This document shows, piece after piece, positions 24,355 to 32,632 of a stretch of 64,000 nt of DNA. Source of the stretch: Spirochaetia bacterium. Its GTDB lineage: Bacteria; Spirochaetota; Spirochaetia; SZUA-6; Bin103. Within the stretch, counting starts at the first letter, position 1. Every line of letters starts with the position of its first letter. The notes below the pieces were generated by a model. It had not been told where the DNA came from. It made no database searches and worked only from the letters and a program-made list of their open reading frames with translations. The stretch covers positions 672,001 through 736,000 of the forward strand of contig CBDBOV010000005.1 of NCBI GenBank assembly GCA_965208575.1. Direction: 5' to 3'. The position numbers were made by a program, and so were the translations under genes.

Positions 24355-25463
24355 GCCGGCTCCGCCAGCGTGCGGCGCAGCGCCGCAATGAATCGCTGCA
24401 GCTCCGCGGTAGTGCCGATGCTCACGCGCAGGTGCCGCGCGAGGGCAGGATGGCGCGGCTCACGCACGATCACCCCCTGCTCCAGCAGCCGGCGCGCCAC
24501 GGCGGCGGCGGGCCGCCCGACGTGCACGAGGATGAAGTTTGCGTGCGACGGTATGGCGTCAAGTCCGAGCTGTGCGAAGGCCGCGTACAGTTGCCGCTTG
24601 CCGCGCCGGTTGAGGTCGAGCGTACGGTGCAGGAACTGTTCGTCCTGCAGCGCGGCCAGGGCGGCGGCCTGCGCCAGTACCGAGGTGTCGAACGGCGGCC
24701 GTACGCGATGCAGCAGCGCCGCGGTGTCCGCGGCCATGATGCCGTACCCGAAGCGCACGCCGGCCAGGCCGTACGCCTTCGCCATGCTGCGTACCAGGAT
24801 CAGGTTGCCCTGACCGCCCGCGGCGCGCGCCCGCAACTCCGGGAACGCATCCGGGTCGGCGAACTCCCGGTACACCTCGTCATGCACCAACACGACCCGT
24901 TCCGGAAGCGCGGCCAGCAGGCGGCGCATCGCCGCGCGCGGGAACAACGCGCCGGTCGGATTGTTCGGGTTGCACAGGAACACCATGCGCGTGCGCCCTC
25001 CGATCCGCTCCAGGATCGCGTCCGCGGTCAGTTCCAGGCCGGGCATCGGCACGTCCACCACGGTCGCCCCCTTGGTCAGCGCGGCGATGCGGTACATGTC
25101 GAAGGTGACCTGCGGTACCAGCACTTCGTCGCCCGGGCGCAGGAAGGCCAACGCCGCGGCCAGCAGTATGGAGTCGGCGCCGTTGCCGGTGACCACGCAG
25201 TCGGGAGCCACGCCGTTGGCCGCGCCGAGGGCCTCCTGGAGCACCGGGTTGATCACCTCCGGATACTGGTGGCCGCGCTCGAGGCTGGCGGCCATGGCGG
25301 CAACCGCCATGGGACTGACCCCGAGCGGATTCTCGTTGGATGCAAGCTTGATGATGTCGGTGGTACCGAGCTCACGCGCCACTTCGACGATGGTGCGTCC
25401 GGGTACGTATGGTGGAATGTCGGCGATGCCCGGGGCCGCGTTGCGCGCTGCGTCGAACATCAT
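24315..25463 (-). CDS. hisC: Histidinol-phosphate aminotransferase
   Basis: PYVPG, KLASNENPLG, GNGAD, CNPNNPTG, DEVY.EF, RSMAKAYGLAGVRFGY. Confidence 0.92.
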   Translation of the reverse strand: MMFDAARNAAPGIADIPPYVPGRTIVEVARELGTTDIIKLASNENPLGVSPMAVAAMAASLERGHQYPEVINPVLQEALGAANGVAPDCVVTGNGADSILLAAALAFLRPGDEVLVPQVTFDMYRIAALTKGATVVDVPMPGLELTADAILERIGGRTRMVFLCNPNNPTGALFPRAAMRRLLAALPERVVLVHDEVYREFADPDAFPELRARAAGGQGNLILVRSMAKAYGLAGVRFGYGIMAADTAALLHRVRPPFDTSVLAQAAALAALQDEQFLHRTLDLNRRGKRQLYAAFAQLGLDAIPSHANFILVHVGRPAAAVARRLLEQGVIVREPRHPALARHLRVSIGTTAELQRFIAALRRTLAEPACDTEAPGPGAGR

Positions 25464-25506
25464 GCGTCAGGCGGCGCGGTGTCGGAACGACGCCGCGCCG
25501 GCAGGG

Positions 25507-25535
25507 TTGACCCGCCCCGTAACGACATATATATT
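25507..25535 (+). promoter_or_regulatory. Sigma-70 promoter of the arg operon
   Basis: TTGACC-N17-TATATT. Confidence 0.75.
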
Positions 25536-25559
25536 CGTAAAAATGAATGAAAATACAAC
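25522..25559. promoter_or_regulatory. Tandem ARG boxes (ArgR operator)
   Basis: ACGACATATATATTCGTA and AATGAATGAAAATACAAC, 2 bp apart, resembling TGMAT-N4-ATKCA. AT-rich island in GC-rich DNA. Confidence 0.7.
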
Positions 25560-26073
25560 TATCGAGCCTACCACAACCACCTCCCTCCATGCAACGCGCG
25601 CCACCGCCTCGGGCCGCCGCCGCGCCGTTCTCGAACTGATCGCCGGCGGTGCGATCAGCAGTCAGGGCCAGCTTCTCAAGCACCTGTCGGCGCGCGGCCA
25701 CCCTGTCACGCAGGCGACGCTGTCGCGTGACCTGAAGATACTGAAGGTGGGCAAGCTGCCCAATGGCCGCGGCGGTTACACCTATGCGTTGCGCGACGAC
25801 GCCACGGGCGGTGCGGAGGAAGACGTGCAGGCGATGTTCCTGCACGGCTATCGGTCGATCGCCTTCTCCGGCAACCTGGCGGTAGTCCACACGCTGCCCG
25901 GCCACGCCGCGAGCGTGGCGTTTGCGCTCGACAGGCTGGCGGTGGCCGGGATCATCGGTACGGTCGCCGGGGACGACACGATTCTGGCGGTGCTGGCGGA
26001 GGGCACCGGCGCGGACGAGGTACGCCGGGAGCTGATGCGGCGCATCCGGGGACTCGAGGAGCGCACGCCGTGA
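25543..26073 (+). CDS. argR: Arginine repressor
   Basis: SSQGQL...VTQATLSRDL, HTLPGHA, GTVAGDDTI. Confidence 0.95.
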   Translation: MNENTTIEPTTTTSLHATRATASGRRRAVLELIAGGAISSQGQLLKHLSARGHPVTQATLSRDLKILKVGKLPNGRGGYTYALRDDATGGAEEDVQAMFLHGYRSIAFSGNLAVVHTLPGHAASVAFALDRLAVAGIIGTVAGDDTILAVLAEGTGADEVRRELMRRIRGLEERTP

Positions 26074-27110
26074 CCGCCACCATACTGGGCGCCACCGGCT
26101 ACGCCGGCTCGCTGCTGCTGCGCCTGCTGCTCGAGCATCCCGCGGTCAGCGCCATCGTGGCGGTGTCCGCCTCGCGCGCCGGCCAGCCGCTCGCCGCCGC
26201 GCTGCCGGCGTTCGCCGGGCTGGCCACCGCGGCCTCGGACAAGCTCGGCGACGGCACCCTGGTAAGCGCCGACGCGGCGGCGCGGCGCCCCACCGACGTG
26301 GTGTTCTCCGCGCTGCCGCCGTTGCAGTCGGCGGCCGGCGCCGAGCCATACTTCGACTCGGCGGTGGTGATCGACCTGGCCGCGGACTTTCGCATTCGCG
26401 ACCACGCGCTGTTCGCGACCGCGTACGGAACGCCGCCGCCGCGCCCCGACCTGCTGCCGGGCGCCGCCTACGGGCTCAGCGAGTGGCACCGCGAGCCGAT
26501 TACGCGGGCGTCGATCATCGCCAACCCGGGCTGTTACCCGACGGCGGTGCTGCTGCCGTTGCTGCCGCTGGCCGCGGCCGGTGTGCTGCGCGGCACGGTG
26601 ATCGCGAATGCGATGAGCGGGATTACCGGCGCCGGCCGCAAGGTGAGCGCCGAGTACCTGTTCACCGAGCTGAGTGAGAGCGTTACCGCTTACGCGCCGG
26701 CCCGCAGCCACCGTCACCATGCCGAGATGGCGAGCGAACTCGGCCCGGTGGCGGCCGATCTCGACCTGCTGTTTACGCCTCACCTGGTGCCGATGCGGCG
26801 CGGCCTGGCGGCCACCACGGTGGCGACGCTGCGCGAGCCGGGTGGCGCGGCGCGCGTCGCAGACATACTGCAGGAAGCGTACGGCGGGTGCCGGTTCGTC
26901 GCCCTTGCCGGCGAACGCATCCCGGCGACCGCCGACGTGTGGGGCGCCAACCGCTGCGACATCGGGTGGCGCGTGAGCGGGCGCGAAGTAGTGCTGTTCT
27001 CGGTCATCGACAACCTGCTCAAGGGCGCCGCCGGGCAGGCGGTGCAGAACATGAACCTGCGCTTCGGACTGCCGGAAGGCTCGGCCCTGCCGCTGCACGG
27101 AGAGGCGTAG
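26070..27110 (+). CDS. argC: N-acetyl-gamma-glutamyl-phosphate reductase
   Basis: GATGYAG, IDLAADFR, YGLSE, ANPGCYPT, SGITGAG, IDNLLKGAAGQAVQNMN. Confidence 0.95.
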   Translation: MTATILGATGYAGSLLLRLLLEHPAVSAIVAVSASRAGQPLAAALPAFAGLATAASDKLGDGTLVSADAAARRPTDVVFSALPPLQSAAGAEPYFDSAVVIDLAADFRIRDHALFATAYGTPPPRPDLLPGAAYGLSEWHREPITRASIIANPGCYPTAVLLPLLPLAAAGVLRGTVIANAMSGITGAGRKVSAEYLFTELSESVTAYAPARSHRHHAEMASELGPVAADLDLLFTPHLVPMRRGLAATTVATLREPGGAARVADILQEAYGGCRFVALAGERIPATADVWGANRCDIGWRVSGREVVLFSVIDNLLKGAAGQAVQNMNLRFGLPEGSALPLHGEA

Positions 27111-27114
27111 CGTC

Positions 27115-27966
27115 ATGGACGGCGAACTGCTGGTGATCAAGCTTGGCGGCGCCGCGGCCGACCACGAACCGTCACTGACCGCGTTTGCCCACGAGTTGGT
27201 CGCGCTGGCACGGGGCGGCGCGCGTATCGTGCTGGTACACGGCGGCGGCGCCGAGGTGAGCGCCCTGTCGCGGCGGCTGGGGCTTGAGCCGCGGTTTCGC
27301 GACGGCATACGGATTACCTCGCCGGAGGAGATGCCGTACGTCGACATGGTGCTGTGCGGCGCAGTCAACAAGCGGCTGGTGCGGGTGCTCGGTGCCGCGG
27401 GTCTGCGGGCGGTGGGTCTGAGCGGATCCGACGGACCGATCTTTACCGGCGCGCCGCTGGCCGGCGCGGCTGCCGGCGCGGACAACCGCACGGCGGCGGT
27501 GGCGCAGGTAGACACCCGGCTGCCCCGGCTGCTGGTCGAGCACGGCTACCTGCCGGTGATTGCTCCGACGAGTGTGCAGCCGCCGGCGCGGGCGGTGAAC
27601 ATCAATGCCGACGCGGTCGCCCTGCGGCTGGCGCCGGCGCTGGCCGCCGATCGCCTGCTGTTCCTGTCCGACGTTCCCGGCATTGTCAAGGACGGCGCCG
27701 CGCTGGCGGCGCTCACGCCGCACCGGGCGGCCGCGGAGATCGCCGCCGGTACCATCAGCGGCGGCATGATTCCGAAGGTCGAGGCCGCGCTGCACGCCCT
27801 GGCGCAGGGCGTGCGCCGGGTGGTGATCGGCCGGTTCGGCGCGCCCGGAGACCTGGCGAACCTGTTGACCGGGGCGGCCGGGACCACCATGCTCCCTCAC
27901 ACTCACGATCTTCCCGACACCGCAACCAAGCAACCGACACAGCAACCGACACAGGAGGTACGGTAA
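27115..27966 (+). CDS. argB: Acetylglutamate kinase
   Basis: VIKLGG, VHGGG, GIRIT, NINAD, LSDVPG, SGGMIPKV. Confidence 0.95.
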   Translation: MDGELLVIKLGGAAADHEPSLTAFAHELVALARGGARIVLVHGGGAEVSALSRRLGLEPRFRDGIRITSPEEMPYVDMVLCGAVNKRLVRVLGAAGLRAVGLSGSDGPIFTGAPLAGAAAGADNRTAAVAQVDTRLPRLLVEHGYLPVIAPTSVQPPARAVNINADAVALRLAPALAADRLLFLSDVPGIVKDGAALAALTPHRAAAEIAAGTISGGMIPKVEAALHALAQGVRRVVIGRFGAPGDLANLLTGAAGTTMLPHTHDLPDTATKQPTQQPTQEVR

Positions 27967-29192
27967 TGAAACGAGATGGTGCGATAGTCAGCGAACATCC
28001 GATGCCGGGCGTATTCACCCCGGAACTGCTGGTCCTCGACCACGGCAACGGCTGCCGGGTGAGCGACGTCGCCGGCCGGTCCTACCTGGACTTCGGCGGC
28101 GGCATCGCGGTCAATGCGCTCGGCTACGGGCGCGAAGACCTGGCGCAGGCCGCGGCCGACCAGATGCGCAAGTTGGTCCATGTGTCCAACCTGTACGCCA
28201 CCGAACCGGCCCTGGCGCTGGCGCAGAAGCTGATCGCATCGGCGCCGGCGCGGGCCGACGTTGCCAGCGTGCAGTTCACCAACAGCGGGTCGGAGGCAAA
28301 CGAGACGGCGCTCAAGTATGCGCGCCTGCTGGCCTCGCGCGGCGGCAAGCGGGGCAAGGACCGCATCGCCTGCTTCAGCGGGGCGTTCCACGGCCGCACC
28401 ATGGGGGCGCTGAGCTGCACGCCGACCGAGAAGTACCAGGAGCCGTTCGCGCCGCTCATCGGCGGCGTTGCCGCGTTGCCCTTCAACGACGCCGATGCCG
28501 CCGCCGCAACCCTCGACGACTCGTTCTGCGCGGTGATCGTCGAGGTGGTGCAGGGCGAGGGTGGCCTGGACGTGATGAGCGAGCGGTTCGCGCACATGCT
28601 CAATGAACGGTGCCGCCGGCATGCCATCATGCTGATTGCCGACGAGGTGCAGACCGGTCTCAGCCGCGCCGGTGAGCTGTACGCCAGCTCCCTGGTGGGA
28701 CTGGAGCCGGACCTGATCACGCTCGCCAAGCCGCTCGGCGGCGGCCTGCCGCTGGCCGCGACGCTGATTCCACGGCAGATCAATGCCCTGCTGCACATCG
28801 GCGACCACGGCACCACCTTCGGTGGCGGCCCGGTGACCTGCGCGGTCGGCAACCTGGTGTGGGACACCGTGGCGGCGCCCGAGTTCGTGGCAACCGTGCG
28901 CAGCCGCGGGCGCTACCTGCACGACGCTCTCCGCAAGCTCGCCGGCGCCAGTGGGATGCTCGGCGCGGTGAAGGGTGCCGGCCTGCTGGCCGGCGTCACC
29001 GTGACCGGCGAGGTGGACGGCGCGCCGGCCATCGGCAAGCTGGTGCCCGCGCTGCGCGACGCCGGCCTGCTGGCGCTGCGCTCCGGCGACGACGTGCTGC
29101 GGCTGGCGCCGCCGCTGATCGTCAGCGAGGCGGAGGTCGACGAGGCGATGGCGGTGATCGCCGATGCGGTCGCCGCGCTCGGAGGCGAGTAG
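27966..29192 (+). CDS. argD: Acetylornithine aminotransferase
   Basis: YLDFGGGIAVNALG, HVSNLY, NSGSEANE, FHGRT, QGEGG, DEVQTG, LAKPLGGG, HGTTFGG. Confidence 0.93.
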   Translation: MKRDGAIVSEHPMPGVFTPELLVLDHGNGCRVSDVAGRSYLDFGGGIAVNALGYGREDLAQAAADQMRKLVHVSNLYATEPALALAQKLIASAPARADVASVQFTNSGSEANETALKYARLLASRGGKRGKDRIACFSGAFHGRTMGALSCTPTEKYQEPFAPLIGGVAALPFNDADAAAATLDDSFCAVIVEVVQGEGGLDVMSERFAHMLNERCRRHAIMLIADEVQTGLSRAGELYASSLVGLEPDLITLAKPLGGGLPLAATLIPRQINALLHIGDHGTTFGGGPVTCAVGNLVWDTVAAPEFVATVRSRGRYLHDALRKLAGASGMLGAVKGAGLLAGVTVTGEVDGAPAIGKLVPALRDAGLLALRSGDDVLRLAPPLIVSEAEVDEAMAVIADAVAALGGE

Positions 29193-30398
29193 GTGGCCGA
29201 ACTGCGCAAGATCGTCCTGGCCTACTCCGGCGGCCTGGACACCTCGATCATCATCCCCTGGCTCAAGGAGCGCTATCCCAGCGCCGAGGTGATCGCGTAC
29301 TGTGCCGATGTCGGGCAGGCTGACGATACCAGCGGTCTGGAGCAGCGCGCCCTGGCCTCCGGCGCGAGCAAGCTGCACCTGCGCGACCTGCGCGCCGAGT
29401 TTGTGACCGAATACCTGTTCCCACTGCTGCGTTCGGGGGCTGTCTACGAAGGCAAGTACCTGCTCGGCACCTCGATCGCGCGCCCGTTGCAGGCCAAGCA
29501 CCAGGTCGCGGTGGCGCTCGAAGAGGGCGCCGACGCCGTGGCCCACGGCTGCACCGGCAAGGGCAACGACCAGGTGCGGTTCGAGATGACCTATCGCGCC
29601 CTGGCCCCGCACCTTGCCGTGATCGCACCCTGGCGGCTGTGGGAGATCCGTTCCCGCGAGCAGGCGATCGACTACGCCGCCGCGCATGGCATCGACCTGG
29701 CCGGCGTTTCACGACGCAACATCTATTCGCGCGACGACAACCTGTGGCACATCAGCCACGAGGGCGGCGACCTGGAAGATCCGGCGAACCGCCCCGGCGA
29801 GGCGCTGTTTCAGCGCTCGGTGGCGCCGCGGGAGGCTCCCGACAGCGAGACCGCGGTGACCATCGAGTTCGAGGCGGGGGTGCCGGTGGCGGTGGACGGC
29901 GAACGGTTGCAGCCGGTGCCGCTGCTCGCGCGGCTCAATCGGCTCGGCGGCGCCAACGCGATCGGCCGTGCCGACCTCGTCGAGTCGCGGCTGGTGGGCA
30001 TGAAGAGCCGCGGCGTGTACGAAACGCCGGGCGGCACCATTCTGTGGACCGCGCTGCGCGAACTGGAGGCGCTGACCCTCGATGCCGACGCGCTGCACGC
30101 CAAGCAGGAACTGGCGCTGCGCTACGCGCAGTTGGTATACAACGGCAAGTGGTTCACCCCCCTGCGCGCCGCCCTGGAGGCGTTCTGCGAGCGGCTGTGC
30201 CGGGTGGTGAGCGGATCGGTCAGCCTCGCCCTGTACAGGGGCAATCTGACCGTGATCGGGCGCGATTCGGGCAACGGGCTGTACCGCCATGACCTGGCGT
30301 CGTTCGCGGCCGGCAGCTACGACCATGCCGATGCCACCGGCTTCATCAACCTGTACGGGCTGCCCGAGCAGGTGCGTGCGCTCAGCCAGCAGCGGTAG
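29193..30398 (+). CDS. argG: Argininosuccinate synthase
   Basis: LAYSGGLDTS, YLLGTSIARP, HGCTGKGNDQVRFE, GMKSRGVYETPG. Confidence 0.97.
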   Translation: MAELRKIVLAYSGGLDTSIIIPWLKERYPSAEVIAYCADVGQADDTSGLEQRALASGASKLHLRDLRAEFVTEYLFPLLRSGAVYEGKYLLGTSIARPLQAKHQVAVALEEGADAVAHGCTGKGNDQVRFEMTYRALAPHLAVIAPWRLWEIRSREQAIDYAAAHGIDLAGVSRRNIYSRDDNLWHISHEGGDLEDPANRPGEALFQRSVAPREAPDSETAVTIEFEAGVPVAVDGERLQPVPLLARLNRLGGANAIGRADLVESRLVGMKSRGVYETPGGTILWTALRELEALTLDADALHAKQELALRYAQLVYNGKWFTPLRAALEAFCERLCRVVSGSVSLALYRGNLTVIGRDSGNGLYRHDLASFAAGSYDHADATGFINLYGLPEQVRALSQQR

Positions 30399-30455
30399 CG
30401 CCGGCGCGGCCGATTCGCTTCCGCCCGCGGTGCGTATTATGCTGTAGCCGTAGTG

Positions 30456-30914
30456 ATGGCTGAGTCGGCTGAGGATCCCGCCGAGCGCGCGGCGAGGCGG
30501 TTGCGCAAGGAGCGCAAGAAAGCGGAAGGAGAGCTGGCGAGCGGCCTCACGTTCAGCGCCGTGTTCGTCGTCCTGCTGCTGGTGCACGGCGGCTGGTTCT
30601 GGATCTTCCCGCTGGCGCTGGCCGGCATGCTGCCCGCCGTCAAGGGCTTTCTGTCGCTGCGCCGGATCGGTACCCCGCGGCACCTGCGCGCGCCGGCACC
30701 GCCCGACCCGCAGACCGAGGTGTTGAAGATAGCGCGCCGGCAGGGCGGCCGGATCACGCCGGCGCTGGTGGCGGTCGATACCTCGCTGTCGGTGGAGGAG
30801 GCGGAGCGCGCCCTCGACCAGATGGTGCGCGGCGGTTACGCAACCATGGCGGTCGCCGACGACGGGCGCGTGGAGTACGAGTTCCGCGAGTTCCTGCCGG
30901 TCGCGGACCGGTGA
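30456..30914 (+). CDS. Two-TM membrane protein with C-terminal winged-helix-like domain
   Basis: Two hydrophobic segments, then EVLKIARRQGGRITPALVA...SVEEAERALDQMVRGG...YEFREFL. Confidence 0.7.
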   Translation: MAESAEDPAERAARRLRKERKKAEGELASGLTFSAVFVVLLLVHGGWFWIFPLALAGMLPAVKGFLSLRRIGTPRHLRAPAPPDPQTEVLKIARRQGGRITPALVAVDTSLSVEEAERALDQMVRGGYATMAVADDGRVEYEFREFLPVADR

Positions 30915-30959
30915 AGCCGTCCGCGTGGCCGTGCCCGTTGCCGCCGCCGCCGGGGCGCG

Positions 30960-30988
30960 TTGACCCGCCCCCGGCCGGATGCTACATT
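30960..30988 (+). promoter_or_regulatory. Sigma-70 promoter of tRNA-Pro
   Basis: TTGACC-N17-TACATT. Confidence 0.7.
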
Positions 30989-30996
30989 CGCCGCAT

Positions 30997-31069
30997 CGGG
31001 CTGTGGCGCAGTTGGTAGCGTACACGTCTGGGGGGCGTGGGGTCGGCGGTTCAAGTCCGCCCAGCCCGA
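30997..31069 (+). tRNA. tRNA-Pro (GGG)
   Basis: Acceptor CGGGCTG/CAGCCCG, anticodon loop CTGGGGG, GTTCAA T-loop. Confidence 0.95.
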
Positions 31070-31181
31070 TATTTCCACGCGCACGTGCCGGATCGTGATC
31101 GACACCCGGTACCGTGCTGACACCCCGAGCGGGGCCGATACCCCGAGCGGGGCTGCCTTGTCGAAGCGGGCCGACGCGGCG

Positions 31182-31823
31182 GTGGATGGCGACAAGCGTG
31201 CCGTGCGCGCAAGGATGCGGGCCGTGCTGCGCGGCGCCACGCAGGAGCGGCGGGCGGCGGCGGGCCGCGCCCTGGCGGCGGCGCTTACCGGCCACCCGCG
31301 TTGGCACGCCTGGCGCTGCATGCTGGGGTTCGCCGCCACCGGCCGCGAGCCGGCCACTGCGCCGGCGCTGGCGGCCGCGTACGCGCATGGGCTGGTGGTC
31401 GGTCTGCCGCGTGTTGCCGGGAAGCTGCTTCACTACCACCGGGTCGCGCCGGAGGGTGCGTCGGCGGAGCGTCTGCCGGCCGGCTTGCAGCGCGGCTACC
31501 GCGGCGTGGCCGAGCCGGCGCCCGACGCGCCGCTGCTGGATCTCGACCGCCTGCCGGCGGAGGTGGCGGTGCTGGTGCCGGGCGCGGCGTTCGACCGCGC
31601 CGGCGGCCGGCTCGGGTGGGGCGGCGGCCACTACGACCGCACCCTGGCGGCGCTGGCGCGCGCGTGCGGCGAGGCCTTGCTGGTCGGGGTGTGTTTCTCC
31701 GCCCAGTTGATCGATTCCGTGCCGCGCGCCCGGCATGACCTGCCGGTCGACCTGGTGGTCACCGAGCAGGAGGTGGTGAGTGCCCGGCTCCGCCCGCAAC
31801 GAGGCGGGCGGCCCGGCACGTGA
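31182..31823 (+). CDS. 5-formyltetrahydrofolate cyclo-ligase
   Basis: K..VRARM, GLPRV, G..EP, LVPGAAFDRAGGRLGWGGGHYDR, HDLPVD.VVTE. Start uncertain. Confidence 0.9.
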   Translation: MDGDKRAVRARMRAVLRGATQERRAAAGRALAAALTGHPRWHAWRCMLGFAATGREPATAPALAAAYAHGLVVGLPRVAGKLLHYHRVAPEGASAERLPAGLQRGYRGVAEPAPDAPLLDLDRLPAEVAVLVPGAAFDRAGGRLGWGGGHYDRTLAALARACGEALLVGVCFSAQLIDSVPRARHDLPVDLVVTEQEVVSARLRPQRGGRPGT

Positions 31824-31921
31824 ACGATGGCCGCGGCGGCCATTTCGTGGCATTGTTAGTGCATCGTCCGGGATCGTCGCGCCGCCGGCGCCGATGACCC
31901 GCCGGCAGGAGGGGAGCCGTC

Positions 31922-32509
31922 TTGAGTATCAAGTCGTCATTGGAAATAGCATTGGAGCGCACCAGGGATGTGCAGGCCGACCCGGAAACGCTCAAGGCCA
32001 GCAGCTTCGCCACCGCCGGCAAGAAACTGGTGTCGCAGTTCCTCGCAGACCCGCAGCTTTCGCTCGCCAAGAAGGTGCGCGAGCACGCCGGCAAGGAGCG
32101 CACGTGGGTGAGCGAGGGCGTATTCGATGCGCTGCTGTCCAACCTCGCGCTGCCCACCGACGAATACGGTCTGAAGCGTAACCGCCGCGCCATGGAGGGT
32201 TTCGCCGCCATCCTGCGCGATCAGCGCCGGCTGCGCATCATGGGCCAGCAGCTCGAGCAGTTTTTCACCGAGTACTTCCAGGAGCGCCAGCAGCTCAAGC
32301 AGAACGTCGACCGCCAATACGCGCCGCGCCTGCAACAGAAGGAAGAGGAGCTTGCCCGCCGGACCGGCAGCCGCGTGCGCATCGATCCGAACACCGATCC
32401 CGAGTACGTGCAGTTGCTGCGCCAGCAGATGGCTCTGCTCGAAGACCGCTACGGCAACGTGCTGCAGCAGGTCAAGCAGGACCTCGGCAGCATGTTCGGC
32501 CGCGGATAG
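31922..32509 (+). CDS. Conserved helical hypothetical protein (DUF6657-like, from recall)
   Basis: N-terminal IKSSLEIALERT motif, coiled-coil body, AGGAGG RBS before the TTG start. Confidence 0.65.
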   Translation: MSIKSSLEIALERTRDVQADPETLKASSFATAGKKLVSQFLADPQLSLAKKVREHAGKERTWVSEGVFDALLSNLALPTDEYGLKRNRRAMEGFAAILRDQRRLRIMGQQLEQFFTEYFQERQQLKQNVDRQYAPRLQQKEEELARRTGSRVRIDPNTDPEYVQLLRQQMALLEDRYGNVLQQVKQDLGSMFGRG

Positions 32510-32632
32510 CTATCGCCGATCGCTCCGGCGGCAGGCTGCGATTCGCCGCCTGCTGCGACACCGACGCCGCGCACGCCCGCGCGTGGGCCGCCACGGCGCC
32601 GAGCGCACCTGTTCCGGTCGGTCACCGGGTCG

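Noticed and set aside
23520-31069. tRNA-Phe or tRNA-Pro as integration sites for an island
   Set aside because: No integrase and no duplicated tRNA 3' end seen; the flanking genes are housekeeping.
31070-31181. 6S RNA upstream of the 5-formyl-THF cyclo-ligase (common synteny)
   Set aside because: Only ~110 nt are available, and no long rod with a central bubble is evident.
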